The notes below the pieces were generated by a model. It made no database searches. It saw nothing but the letters and a program-made list of their open reading frames with translations, and had not been told where the DNA came from. Of a stretch of 64,000 nucleotides of DNA, positions 23,480 to 36,854 are shown in pieces. Each line of letters begins with the position of its first letter. Position 1 is the first letter of the stretch. The DNA comes from the human T2T-CHM13v2.0 reference genome, Homo sapiens. The DNA lies in NCBI RefSeq assembly GCF_009914755.1, contig NC_060944.1. One strand, written 5' to 3'. Both the position numbers and the translations under genes were made by a program.

Positions 23480-24330
23480 TCAGTGCAAGGCTGGGGTCCC
23501 CAGTGAGCTGACTCAGATGGAGATGAGCCTGAGGGATGCCTGTTGGTGAGAGGTGAGGCCAGCTGAACTTCCTGGATGGAGTGGTGACTTGGGGAACTTT
23601 TCTGTCTTACAAGAGGATTGTAAAATGCACCAATCAGGAACTTTCTCCCTCCACAAGAGGATTGTAAAACACACCAATCAGCACTCTGTAAAGTGCACCA
23701 ATCAGCAGGATACTAAAAGTAGCCAATCGCGGGGAGGATTTAAAAAAGGGCACTCTGGTAGGACAGAAATGGAAAATGAGAGGGGACAGTAAGGGAATAA
23801 AAGCTAGCCACCCCAGCCAGCAGCAGCAACCCGTGCGGGTCCTCTTTCAGGCTGTGCAAGGTTTGTCCTTTCACTCTTCACAATAAACCTTGCTACGGCT
23901 CACTATTTGGGTCCGTGACCCAAATCTTTAAGAGCTGTAACCCTCACCCCTAAGGTCTGCAGCTTCATTCTTGAAATTAGCGAGACCATGAACCCACCGG
24001 CAGGAGCAAACTCTGGACACATTGGGAGCTGTTCCTGGGATCTGCACCTGGAGGGCAAGGGGCAAGAACGAAGCAGGAGTGGGCGGCAGAAAACTGTCTG
24101 CCAGGCTGTACGGACGGGGCAGCTCTGAAGATGAGTGGCCCTCCAGAGCCGTCCCAACTTCCGGCGAGAGAGTCGGAACTTTAAATCCCGGAAGTAGGCC
24201 AGGTTGAGCATGGTTTGGGGGTGACTCTGCAGCTAAGGCCACCCCTCAGGGTTGGCTGCTGTGGCCTGGGCGCTGTGGCACTCTCAGCAGCTGCTTGATG
24301 GGTCTTGCGTTCCAGCACATTCCACACCAT
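23480..24330. mobile_element. Ancient ERVL-class solo LTR (LTR16-like), split by LTR12
   Basis: cagatggagatgagc...tgggatctgcacctgg...gaagcaggagtgggc...ggccctccagagccgtcccaa...gcactctcagcagctg resembles a recalled ERVL LTR consensus; subfamily uncertain. Confidence 0.5.
23547..24021 (+). mobile_element. ERV9 solo LTR (short LTR12, LTR12F-like), 475 bp
   Basis: TGAGAGG...GGACACA termini, perfect 4-bp TSD TTGG (23543-46 and 24022-25), four CCAAT boxes, AATAAAAG TATA-like box, AATAAA at 23882. Confidence 0.9.
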
Positions 24331-25467
24331 CAGAGGCGGAGCACGGAGGACCTAGGATGTGAGGACTGGGGTGCTGGGGAGGAGCGGGGAGGAGGTGGAT
24401 GGATATGATTCCCTTAGCTTTTTGAGGGCCAGTATGGGATTCCACGGATGCAGCTGACAGCACGTCTGGGCCCAGAAGTGGGGCACGCGGACGCTTCCAC
24501 GGGTGTGCTGGGACATAGCCGCTTCCTCTCCACGCTGCGCCCCGGGGCCAACCACAGGCCGGCTCGCTGCTGCCAGTTGTAGATTTCCTTGTGAATTGCC
24601 TGCAATTTCACTAGGCCTATCCACAAATATCAGTTTACAGTATGCTTACATTTTAATAAAAACTATTTACATAGCAAAGGTCTGGAAGTATATACAGTAC
24701 ATCAAAGTATTGAAAATGCTGTCCAAGCGGTCGTTCAGGAGTTAAAAAAAATTTTAAATCTATCTGTGTTTCGAAAATTTTTCAATAAAGATGTTTAATG
24801 TGACAGTATATTTTAAATTTCTACCAAAAGTGGTGTAACAGTAATAAAAAATGCCAAATAGAATCATTCAAATTTATTAAAATATGTGACTATAAAATTA
24901 GAAATAAAGAAGGTTTAGAAAAATAAATAAATGAAAAACTGTGGAAGTGTAAGCATAGTAGAAAAGAACAGTAAAGGAATAATGTAGGGAGGATGTAAAG
25001 ACAGTGAGGTAAGAAAAAAGAAGGTATGGCAAGAAGAAGGTAGAAAACTAACTTTATTCATACAATTTTTCTTCTGTGAGTCAAGAAGTTAGAAGGTGAA
25101 AGTATATTGAGAAAAGATTAAAAATGCAAAGAAAAAAAGATCTGAAATTTTCATACATCAGTGGTAATAACATTTAAATCAATACCGGAATTTGAATTTT
25201 AAAAGAGAACTCATTTTTTTTTTTAAGGAAAGAATCTTTGAATTATTGTCAGAAAAATTGAGGAACAATATTTTAGTTTTCCGCTATTTAAACATTTTTA
25301 CTATTAGCAGGGACCTACGATGACAGCATTTTATTAGTACAGGAGCAGAGAAACAATGGTTTGGAAAATATAATTGAAACTGGAAAATAAATTGACCAGC
25401 CTAATTTTATGAAGAAGACAAAGGAAAGGAAAATACCACCATAGGAATAAAATGTGGCTGTGTTTAA

Positions 25468-25697
25468 CTTATAAGTGAGAGCTAAATAATGAGTACACAA
25501 GGTTATAAAGACAGAATTAAGAGACTCTGAGGACTGCAGAAGCTGGGAGGATGAGAAGGGGTTGGAAAATTACCTGCTGGGTACTGTGTCCGCTATTTGG
25601 GTGATGGGCTCATTAGAAGCTCAAACCCCAGCATTACACAATATACCGATGTAATAAATCTGCATGTGTACCCCCTCAATCTATGTATGAAAAAAAT
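25468..25697 (+). mobile_element. L1 3'-UTR fragment (L1PB/L1MA-like)
   Basis: cttataagtgagagctaaata...gggtgatgg...gcatgtgtaccccc with an A tail. Confidence 0.75.
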
Positions 25698-26223
25698 TCC
25701 CAGAAATCTAAGCCATTGATTTTCAAATGTTTTAAGTTGGGAACCCCTGTTTTGCTTTGTTTTCTAGAGGGGATCTTTGCGCAGGAGCCCAGTGTATACA
25801 GCAGGTAAGGTAGTAATGATGGCTGTTCTGCCTGGGGGTGGGATCCAGCCGCCTCTACCCTGACAGTTACGCACTTTCCCTTCCCCTCTCCTCCCTGCAT
25901 CCCCCGTTCCCAGCTCAAAGTACAGGTTTTTAATATTTATGTAATAATGGATAATACAGGTTTAATATTTGTGTAATAACGGATCAGAGCAGCCTTGAGA
26001 CCTCATACTTAGCGTTACACTTGAACAGATCCTTTCACCCACATATCTAACTAAGCAAGTATTACGTTTAAACTTTCTCCTGAGGCCCAGAAAGATGCCC
26101 TTCACATCCTGGAGAGTCATTTATAGTATTTTGGAAAACAAGTCTAAAACACAAATTTGTGTTCTCATTAGGAAGATTTAAGTTCCCCGAGGAGAAGACC
26201 AAATTCATTTATTGAAATGTGCG

Positions 26224-26630
26224 TGTAGGAGTTGAATTGTTGAATTGTCGAAAGATGTGTTGAAGCCTCAATCCCCATTACCTGGGAATGTGATCTTATT
26301 TGGAGACAGGATCTTCGCAGATGCAACTAAATTAACATGAAGTCATTAATGTGGGCCCTAATCCAGTATAACTGGTGTCCTTATAAGAAGAGGAAAATGC
26401 CATGTGGAGACAGACATACTGGGAGGATACAGTGTCACAACAGGGCAGAGGTTGGAGTTGATGCAGCTACAAGCCGCAGAATGCCAAGGACTGACAGCTA
26501 CCCTCAGATGCAAGGAAGAGGCAAGGAAAGGTTCTGTCCAGAGTCTCAGAGGGAGCCTGGCCCTCCTCACACCTTGGTTTTGGGCTTTTGTTGTTGTTGT
26601 TATGAATGGCAACCCTAGGAAACTAAGGCA
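26224..26630. mobile_element. MaLR solo LTR (MLT1C-like)
   Basis: gaatgtgatcttatttgga...gggccctaatccag...aggcaaggaa...ggaaactaa. Confidence 0.8.
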
Positions 26631-27631
26631 GTATGCCTTAGTTTTTAATGCCAAATAATTCCTATTTTTAATAATTTTAAGAATAAAGGGAAAACATTTA
26701 TTCTCAACATCTTAGGTAAAGGCAAGCCCCTCAAAGACAGTTTCTATGTCTGATTTATTTTTCCACTCATGTAGTTTACAGAACTGTGCCTGGCATATGT
26801 TGGACACTCAATGATTGCTGGCTGAACAAATAAGGAGATAACCACGTGGAAGATTTGAGTCAAATCCTGATTGAGGGAGGTTAGAACCTGAACCTACACA
26901 ATGCTGAAATAATCATCTTTGGAGGGGAAATGTCTGTCATCTTAATTTTGGGGATTGTGTGACAGTCATATAATGTTTTCAGAGGTAAAACATGGGAGAA
27001 CGGAGTCACATGAAATTTTATACTCTGACTTTGGTTTTAAATATAAATCCAGGCAGCACCAGGACATTTTAATTAGGGTTCACGCTCTTGAAATTTTACT
27101 TTTAACCAGAATTTGAGCCAAAGCTGTGGGAACAGTTGAGGAACCCAAGATGAAGGTCTTTGAGCAAATTACCCACTCACCCCTATTTTAAAGGGCCACT
27201 CTGTCAATTAATTTGATTCCTAGATGGTATAAGTTTAGGCACATTTTGCCTTTGGTTTCAACTTACTATATCAATAATTCCTAGTTACATAAATATGCAA
27301 GAATGAGCAAATGGTTATCCTCAATTTTATCAGGTACTGTGGGTGCTAGATGTGTTCAGGCACACACACACATACAGACACACACGCACACACACTTTTT
27401 TTTCAATTGCAGAGTTTTAAAAGTATTACTTTTCTGTAACTTTTTTTTTAATTTTGAAATAATTCTAGACTTACAGAAAAGTTGCAAAAATGATACAAGG
27501 ACTCTTCATCAAGATCCCCCAAATTTATATTTATGTCTAAATCCTTCAGTGAAAATTTCCAAAAGACAAGGACATTTCCTATAAACCACAGCACAATTAT
27601 TAAAATCAGAAATTAACATTCATATGATGCT

Positions 27632-27719
27632 ATTATCCAACTGATAGACTTTCTATCAATTATCCAACTGATAGACTTTCTATCAATTGTTATCAACTGA
27701 TAGACTTTTCAATCAATTG
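27632..27719. repeat. 27-bp tandem repeat (2 perfect copies plus 1 degenerate) inside an old L1M 3' end
   Basis: attatccaactgatagactttctatca at 27632-27658 and 27659-27685, then a degenerate third copy. Confidence 0.9.
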
Positions 27720-28023
27720 TTTCCTTCGTCTGGGCCAGAAGCCAGTCTAGGATCACACATTGCATTTAATTTGTGTCTGTTTAGCCTCCTTTCATCTGGA
27801 ACAGTTCCTTAACCATTGTTTTCATAACCTTGAGACTTTTGAGTACAGGTTAGTTATTTTGTAGAATATCCCTCGATTTAGGTTTTCTTTTTTTTTTTTT
27901 TTAAATGATGAGATGCAGGTTTGAGATTTCCGGCAAGAAAGTTGCAAAAATGATGCTGTGAGCATTTCAATTTCTTCTATCTTGAGGCCCACGGTGCCCT
28001 ATTGTTTCATGACTGGTACACAT

Positions 28024-28743
28024 TGTCATGGGCTGAGTCATGTCCCCTAAAATTCAGATGTTGAAGCCCTAACCTCTAGTTTCTCAGAATGTGGTAGGAT
28101 TTGGGGACAAGTTCTTTAAAAAGGTGATTAAGTTAAAACGAAGTCATTAGGGCGAGCCCTAATCCAACATGATTGGTGTTTTCATATGAAGAGGAAATCT
28201 GCTGGGTGCGGTGGCTCGTGCCTGTAACCCCTGCACTTTGGGAGGCCGAGGTAGGTGGATCATTTGAGGTCAGGAGTTTGAGACCAGCCTGACCAACATG
28301 GTGAAACCCCTGTCTCTACTAAAAATACAAAAATTACCTGGGTGTGGGGGCACACCTCTATAGTTTCAGCTACTTGGGAGGCCAAGGCATGAGAATTGCT
28401 TGAACCTGGGAGGCAGAGAAGGCAGTGAGCTGAGATTGCACCACTGCGCTCCAGCATGGATGACAGAGTGAAACTGTCTCAAAAAAAAAAAAAAAAAAAG
28501 ATAAAATTTGGACAGACATGTACAAATGGAGGATGCTATGAAGACTCAGGGAGAGAGTGGCTGTCTGCAAGCCAAGAAGAGAGGCCTGGAAGAACAGTCC
28601 CTTCCCTCATGGCCCCCAGAAGGAAACAGCCCTCCTGATGCCTCGATCTTGAACTTCCAGCCTCCACAGGTATGGGAAAATATATTTCTGTGATTTAAGC
28701 CACCCAGTCTGTGGTACTATGGTAGCCCTTGCAAACTAACACA
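28024..28743. mobile_element. MaLR solo LTR (MLT1B-like) interrupted by an Alu
   Basis: tgtcatgggctgag...gccctaatccaa [Alu] ...ttccagcctcca...aaactaacaca. Confidence 0.8.
28200..28500 (+). mobile_element. Alu SINE (AluS-like)
   Basis: Full dimeric Alu with an A tail. Confidence 0.95.
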
Positions 28744-28950
28744 TATGTTAATGTTGATAAGTTGATCACTTGGTTAGATGGTGTCCTCAATTCTCTTTAT
28801 TGTAAAATTACTATTTTTTTCTTTGCGAGTGATAAGTGTGTTGTGGGGAGAGAGTGAGACTCCAGATCTCCTGTTCTCCATCATGCCTTCAGGCCACACA
28901 GTTCAGTATCCACTGATGATTCTGTCTTTTTCCCCTCTGTGGGGCTTCGC

Positions 28951-31900
28951 TTTACTTTTATTTATTTATTTTTATTTCAATAGGTTTTTGGAAAACAGGT
29001 GGTGTTTGATTACATGAATAAGTTCTTTAGTGGTGATTTCTGAGATTTTGGTGCACCCATCATCCAAGTAGTGTACACTATACCCAATGTATAGTCTTTT
29101 ATCCCTCATCCCACTCCCACCCTTTCCTCCGAGTCCCCAAAGTCCATCATATCGTTCTTATGCCTTTGAATCTTCACGGCTTATCTCCTACTTGTAAGTG
29201 AGAACATATGATGTTTGGTTTTCCATTCCTGAGTTACTTCACTTAGAATAATGGTCTCCAATTCCATCCAGGTTGCTGCAAATGCCATTATTTCATTCCT
29301 TTTTATGGTTGAGTAGTATTCCATGTTATATATATAACATTTTCTTTATTCACTCGTTGATTGATGGGCCTTTGGGCTCGTTCCATATTTTTGCAGTTGC
29401 AAATTGTGCTGCTATAAACATGCATGTGCAAATATCTTTTTCATATAATAACTCATTTTCCTCTGGGTAGATACCCAGGAGTGGGATCGCTGGATCAAAT
29501 GGTAGATCTACTTTTAGTTCTTTAAGGAATCTCCACACTGTTTTCCATAGTGGTTGTACTAGTTTACATTCCTACCAACAGTGTAAAAGTGTTCCCTTTT
29601 CACCACATCCATGCCATCGTCTATTATTTTTTGATTTGCAGGAGTAACGTGTTATCTCACCGTGGTTTTGATTTGCATTTCCCTGATAATTAGTGATGTT
29701 GAGCATTTTTTCATATGTTTGTCGGCCATTTGTATATCTTCTTTTGAGAATTGTCTATTCATGTCCTTAGCCTGCTCTTTGACGGGATTGTTTGTTTTTT
29801 TCTTGCTGATTTGTTTCTTTGTAGATTCTGGATATTTGTCCTTTGTCAGATGTATAGATTGCAAAGATTTTCTCCCACTCTGTGGGTTGTATGTTTACTC
29901 TGCTGATTATTTCTTTTGCTGTGCAAAAGCTTTTTAGCTTAATTAAGTCCCATCTATTAATCTTTGTGTTGCATTTGCTTTTGGGTTCTTGGGCATGAAG
30001 TCTTTGCCTAAGCCAATGTCTAGAAGGGGTTTTCCAATGTTATCTTCTAGATTTTTTTTATGGTTTCAGGTCTCAGATATGTCTTTGATCCATCTTGAGT
30101 TGATTTTTATATAAGGTGAGAGATGAAGATTCAGTTTCATTCTTCTACATGTGGCTTGCCAATTATCCCAGCACCATTTGTTGAATAGGGTGTCCTTTCC
30201 CCACTTTATGTTTTTGTTTGCTTTGTTTAAGATCAATTGACTGTAAGTATTTGGGCTTATTTCTTGGTTCTCTATTCTGTTCCACTGGTCGATATGCCTG
30301 TTTTTATACCAGTACCATGCCATTTTGGTGACTATGGCCTTATAGCGTAGTTTGAAAACAGGTAATGTAATGCTTCCTGATTTGTTCTTTTTGCTTAGTC
30401 TTGTTTTGGCTATGCAGGCTCTTTTTTGGTTCCATATGAATTTTAGGATTGTTTTTTCTCTATTCTGTGAAGAATGATGGTGGTATAATATTTTGATGGG
30501 AATTACACTGAATTTATAGATTGCTTTTGGCAGTATGGTCATTTTCACAATATTGATTTTACCCATCCATGAGAATGGGATGTGTTTCCATTTGTTTGTG
30601 TCATTGATGATTTCTTTCAGTAGTGTTTTGTAGTTTTCCTTGTAGGGGTCTTTCACCTCATTGGTTAAGTATATTCCTAAGTATTTTATTTTATTTGCAG
30701 CTATTTTAAAATGGGTTGAGTTCTGGATTTGATTCTCAGCTTTGTTGCTGTTGTTGTATAGCAGGGCTACTGATTTGTGTACATTAAGTTTGTATCCTGA
30801 AACTTTGCTGAGTTTATTTACTAGTTCCAGGAGCTTTTTGGATGAGTCTTCAGGGTTTTCTAGGTATGCAATCATGCCATCAGCAAACAGTGACTGTTTG
30901 GCGCCCTCTTTACTGATTTGGATGCCCTTTATTTCTTTCTCTTGTCTGATTGCTCTGGCTAGGACTTCCAGTACTATGCTGAGTAGAAGTGGTGAAAGTG
31001 GGTATCTTTGTCTTGTTCCAGTTGTTAGTGGGAATGCTTTCAAATTTTCCCGTTTAGTATAATGTTGGCTGTGGGTTTGTCATAGATGGCTTTTATTACC
31101 TTAAGGTATGTCCCTTCTATGCCAAGTTTGCTGAGTGTTTTAATCGTAAAGGGATGCTGGAGTTTATCAAATGATTTTTCTGTGTCTATTGACATGATCC
31201 AGTGATTTTTTGTTTTAAATTCTGTTTATGTGATGTATCACATTAATTGACTTGCAGATGTTAAACCATCCCTGCATCGCCTAGTATGATACCCACTTGA
31301 TCGTGGTGGATTATCTTTTTGACATGCTGTTGGATTTGGTTAGCTAATATTTTGTTGAGGATTTTGCATCTATGTTCATCAGGGATATTGTTCTGTAGTT
31401 TTCATTTTTGTTACGTCCTTTCCTGGTTTTGGTATTAGGGTGATGCTGGTTTCACAGAAGGATTTAGAAATGATTCCCTCTTTCTCTATCTTTTGGAATA
31501 GTGTCAATAGGATTAGTATCAATTCTTTGAATGTCTGCTAGAATTCAGCTGTTAATCCATCTAGCTTGGACTTTGTTTTGTTGGTAACTTTTAAATTACC
31601 CTTTCAGTCTCACTGCTTGTTATTGGTCTGTTCAGAGTTTCTGTTTCTTCCTGGTTTAACTTAGGTAGGTTGTATATTTCTGGGAATTTATCCATCTCCT
31701 TTAGGTTTTCTAGTTTATGTGTGTAAAGGCGTTCATAGTAGCCTTGGATGATCTTTTGTATTTCTGTGGTGTCGGTTGTAATATCTCCCATTTCATTTCT
31801 AATTGAGCTTATTTGGCTCTTCTCTCTTCTTTTCTTGGTGAATCTCACTAAAGGTCTATCAATTTTATTTATCTTTTCAAAGAATCAGCTTTATGTTTCA

Positions 31901-34900
31901 CTTATCTCTTGTATTTTTTTGGTTTTGATTTCATTTAGTTCTGCTCTGATCTTTGTTATTCCTTTTCTTCTTCTGAGTCTGGGTTTGGTTTGTTCTAGTT
32001 TCTCTAGCTGCTTGAGGAGTGACCTTAGATTATCTATTTGTGCTCTTTCAGACTTTTTAATGTAGGCATTTAATTCTGTGAACTTTCCTCTTAGCACAAC
32101 TTTGCTGTATCCCAGAGGATTTGATAGGTCATGTCACTATTATCATTCAGTTCAAAGAGCTTTTAAATTTCCATCTTGATTTCATTGTTGACCCAAAGAT
32201 CATTCAGGAGCAGGTTATTTAATTTCCATGTATTTGCATGGTTTTGAGTGTTCCTTTTGGAGTTGATTTCCAATTTTATTCCAAGTCTGAGAGAGTACTT
32301 GCTATTATTTCAATTTTCTTAAACTTGTTGAGACTTGTTTTTTGGCCTATCATATGGTCTATCTTGGAGAATGTTCCATGTGCCGATGAATAGAACGTAT
32401 ATTCTGCAGTTGTTGGGTAGAATGTTCTGTAAATACATGTTAAGACCATTTGTTCTAGGGTATAGTTTAAGTCCATTGTTTCTTTGTTGACTTTTTGTCT
32501 TGATGACCTGTCTAGTGCTATCAGTGGAGTACTGAAGTCCCCCACTATTAATGTGTTGCTGTCTATCTCATTTCTTAGGTCTAGTAGTAACTGTTTTATA
32601 AATGTGGAAGCTTCAGTTTTAGGTGCATATATATTTAGGATTGTGACATTTTCCTCTTGGACTAGTCCTTTTATCATTATATAATGTTCCTCTTTGTCTC
32701 TTTTAACTGCTGTTGCTTTAAAGTTTGTTTTATCTGATATAAGAATAGCTACTCCTGCTCACTTTTGGTGTCCATTTGCATGGAATATCTTTTTCCATTC
32801 CTTTACCTTAAGTTTATGTGAGTCCTTATGTGTCAGATAAGCCTCTTGAAGACAGCAGATACTTGGTTGGTGAATTCTTACCCATTCTGCCATTCTGTGT
32901 CTTTTAAGTGGAGCATTTAGTCCATTTACATTCATCATTAGTTTTGAGATGTGAGGTGTTATTCTATTCATCATGCTATCTGTTGCCTGCCTGAAAACCT
33001 TCGTTTATTTTTTAATTTTTAATTTTTTTTAAATTGTGTCATTGTTTTACAGGTCCTATGGAATTTACGCTTTAGGACATTCTATTTTGGTGTATTTTGA
33101 GGATTTGTTTCAAGATTTAGAGGTCCTTTAAGCAGTTCTTGTAGTGCTCGCTTGGTAGTGGCAAATTTTCTCAGCATTTGTTTGTCTGAAAAAGACTATA
33201 TCTTTCCTTCATTTATGCAGCTTAGTTTCACTGGATACAAAGTTCTTGGCAGATAATTTTTTTAAGGAGGGTAAAGATAGGACCCTAATCTCATCTAGCT
33301 TGTAGGGTTTCTGCTGAGAAAATCTGCTGTTAATCTGATAGGTTTTCCTTTATAGGTTACCTGATGCTTTTGCCTCACAGCTCTTATTTTTTTCCTTTGT
33401 CTTGACTTTAGATAACCTGATGACTATGTGCCTAGGTGATGATTTATTTTTTATGATGAATTTCTGAGGTGTTCTTTGAGCTTTTTGTGTTTGGATGTTT
33501 AGACCTCTAACAAGGCCAGGGAAGTTTTCCTCAATTATTTCCTCAGATATTTTTCCAAACTTTTTGATTTCTCTTTTGCCTTGAAACACCAATTATTCTT
33601 AGGTTTGGTTGTTTAACATAATCCCAGTTTCTTGGAGGCTTTGTTCATTTTTTTATTCTTTTTTTTTTGTCACCGTTGGGTTTATTCGAAAGCCTTGTCT
33701 TTGAGCTCTGAAATTCTTTCTTCTACTTGTTTGATTCTGTTGCTGAGACTTTACAGTGCATTTTGCAATTCTCTAAGTGTGTCCTTCCTTTCCAGAAGTT
33801 GTGATTGATTTTTATTTATGCTATCACTGAAGATTTTCCCATTCATATCCTGTATAATTTTTTTTTTGATTTGTTTAAGTTGGACTTCACCTTTCTCTTG
33901 TGCCTTCTTGATTGGCTTAATAGTAAACCTCCTGAATTCTTTTTCTGGCAGTTCAGAGATTTCATCTTGTTTTGGATCCATTGCTGGTGAGCTAATGTGA
34001 TTTTTTGGGGGATGTTAAAGAACCTTGTTTTTTCATATTACCAGAATTGTTTTTTTGTTTCCCTCTCATTTGGGTAGACTACGTCAGAGAGAAGATCTGG
34101 GACTCAAGAGCTGCTATTCGGATTCTTCTGTACCACAGGGTGCTCCCTTGATGTAGTGCTCTCCCCCTTCCCCTAGAGATGTGGCTTCCTGAGAGCTGGA
34201 CTGCAGTGATTGTTATTTCTCTTCTGGATCTAGCCACCCAGCAGAGCTACCAGGCTCTGGGCTTGTAATGGGGAGTGTCTGCAAAGAGTCCTGTGATACG
34301 ATCTGTCTTCAGTTCTCTCAGCTGTGGATACCAGCACCTGCTCTGGTGGAGGCAGCGGGGAGTGAAGTGGACTCAGTGAGGGTTCTTGGTTGTATTTTTG
34401 TTTAGTGCGCTGGTTTTGTGCTGGTTGGCCTCCAGCCAGGAGGTGGCCCTTGCAAGAGTGCATCAGCTGCAGAAATATAGGGAGGATCAGGTGGTGGATG
34501 GTAGAGCTCCCAAGATAATATGTCCTTTGTCTTTGGCTACCAGGGTGGGTGAGGAGGACCATCAGGTGGGGCAAAGTTAGGTGTGTCTGAGCTCAGCCTC
34601 TCCTTGGGCAGGGCTTACTGCAGCTGCTGAGGGGGATGGAGGTGTGGAGGCCAATGGAGTTATGTTTCCAGGAGGATTATGGCTGTCTCTGCTGTGTCAT
34701 ACAGGTTTCCAGGGAAGTGGGAGAAAGCCAGCAGCCACAGGCTTCCCCCAGCTCCCATGCAGCCCAAAAAGCTAGTCTCTCTCCCAGCATGCCCCGCTCC
34801 CCCCGCCACACCCCAACAGCACTGAGTTTATTTCCAGGCAGCCAATGAGCAGGGCTGAGAACTTGCCCCAGGCTATAAGCCTCCCAGCTGGGAAAGCAAG

Positions 34901-35100
34901 TCGACTCACAGTTCCTCAGCTGTCTCACAGAGCCTGCAGGGGCAATTCACCTCCTTCAAAGGGCCTGTGGATTCTCTCAGCTTTCCTGGTATGTTCCTGT
35001 GGTAGTTCCTGGAGCAAAATTTCACAATGTGGTCTCTGCATGCTGCTCTGTCTGAGTGGGGCTGCAAGTTACACCTGCCTCCAATCAGCTATTTCCCCCA
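28951..35100 (-). mobile_element. Near-full-length, inactive LINE-1 (L1PB-like)
   Basis: Fragmented ORF1 (33350-33981) and ORF2 endonuclease/RT frames (29350-32974). The RT motif reads FADG instead of FADD. L1PB-type 3' UTR. 12-bp TSD actgatgattct at 28912-28923 and 35101-35112. Confidence 0.95.
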
Positions 35101-35954
35101 ACTGATGATTCTTGCTTGAAAGAATGATTATTGTGGTGGCAGCCAAATATATTTTTAAAGTAAACTATTTTATCAAAGTAAAGCATATACAGAAAAGTGT
35201 ACAAATTAAAGGTTCATATCTTGATGAATTTTCAGATGGTGAACACATCCTTTTGGCCTCTGACTTGCTCAAGAAGAGAATAATATCTGCACCCAGAAAC
35301 TTCCTTTTGTTCCTCTCAGTCTCCATATCCCACTTTCCCTCAATGCTAACTGCTCTCATGATTTCTTATCCCAAATGAATATTAATTTTTCCCAATTTGT
35401 CCTAATTTCCATTTATATTGTGGAATAATTCATTATGGATTAATTTTGTGTATGTTTTCTTTCAGTTAGCATTCCTTTTATGACTGTATACTATTCCATT
35501 GTGTAGAATATACCACTATTTATCTATTCCAATGGGGATATATATTTGGGTAGTTTCCAGATTGGGGCTGGTATGCATAAAGCTACTGTGAATATTTTAA
35601 AAGTATTTTTGTTGGCATGTTTTTGTTTCTCTTCAATATCTAGGAGTGAGATTTCTGGGTCATAGAGTGTGTATATGCTTCTAGAAACTACGAAACACTT
35701 TTCCAAAATTGTTGGCTTCAACATACTCTTCCCACCAGCAATGGGTTACTCCAGTTACTCCAGATCCTCACCCACACTAAGAAAGTTTTGCGTTTTTCAT
35801 TATGTCTATTCTAGTGGGTGTACAGTGATACCACATTTTGGTGTAAATTGTATTTTTGGATGACTAATTATGCAAATGCTTTTTATTGACTTGCTGGACA
35901 TTTGTATACTTTCTTTTGTAAATCTTTTGCATATATGTATGCCAAAAATCTTTT

Positions 35955-36273
35955 GGGAGATAGAGATAGAGAGAGAGAAAGAGAAAGAGACAGGTCTTGC
36001 TCTGTTGCTGAGGCTGGAGTGCAGTGGCATGATCACAACTCACAACTCACTGCAACCTGGACCTCCTGGGCTCAAGCAATCCTCCAGTCTCAGCCTCTCA
36101 AGTAGCTGGGACTACAGGTGTGTGCCACCATGCCTGACTAACTTTTGTACTTTTTGTAGATACAGAGTTTCACCATGTTGCCAGGCTGGTCTCAAACTCC
36201 TGGGCTCAAGTGATCTGCCTGCCTTGGCCTCCCAAACTACTGGGATTACAGACATGAACCACCCTGCATGGCC
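35955..36273 (-). mobile_element. Alu SINE (AluJ-like) within an old L1M
   Basis: Reverse Alu with ctcctgggctcaag diagnostics; GA-rich tail. Confidence 0.9.
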
Positions 36274-36854
36274 CTTTTGCTTATATTTTAATTGGGTTGT
36301 TTGCCATCTGCTTATTGGGTTATAAGACTATATTTCCTGTATTGGTTTCCTAGGAATATCTCTTTTAATTTAATTTTTAAGTGGTTGCTCTATGACTAAC
36401 AATATGCATCCTTCAATTATCAAAGCTTACTTAAAGTCAACCTTGTACCATCTCTCAGTTTGTACTTCACACCTGGTCTGAAATGTTTCACTTCCTACTT
36501 TACAAATGTCATAACCTTACAAGAGTAAACTCCCCTGAACCTGTTCCCCTGACATGAACTTCAATATACTTTGTAAACCTCACCTTACAGTGTTATATTT
36601 TTCTCTGTATAGTCAGTTGTGTTTTAAGACAATTATGAGAAGAAAAGAAACTCCATGTTATTTTATGTTTTCCTACTCACTTATCATTTCTCATGCTTTT
36701 CCTTCTTTCCTGTAGATAGACATTCCTATCTAGAATCAATTGCCTTTGGCCTGCGGAACATTCTTTACTATTTCTTATAGTACAGATCTGCTGGTGATGA
36801 TTTTTTTTCAGTTTTTATTTTCTGTGAAAATGTCTTTGCCCTCATTTTTTGAGG

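Noticed and set aside
24850-25450. A-rich stretch that might be a further pseudogene
   Set aside because: No translatable homology recognised; more likely decayed LINE sequence.
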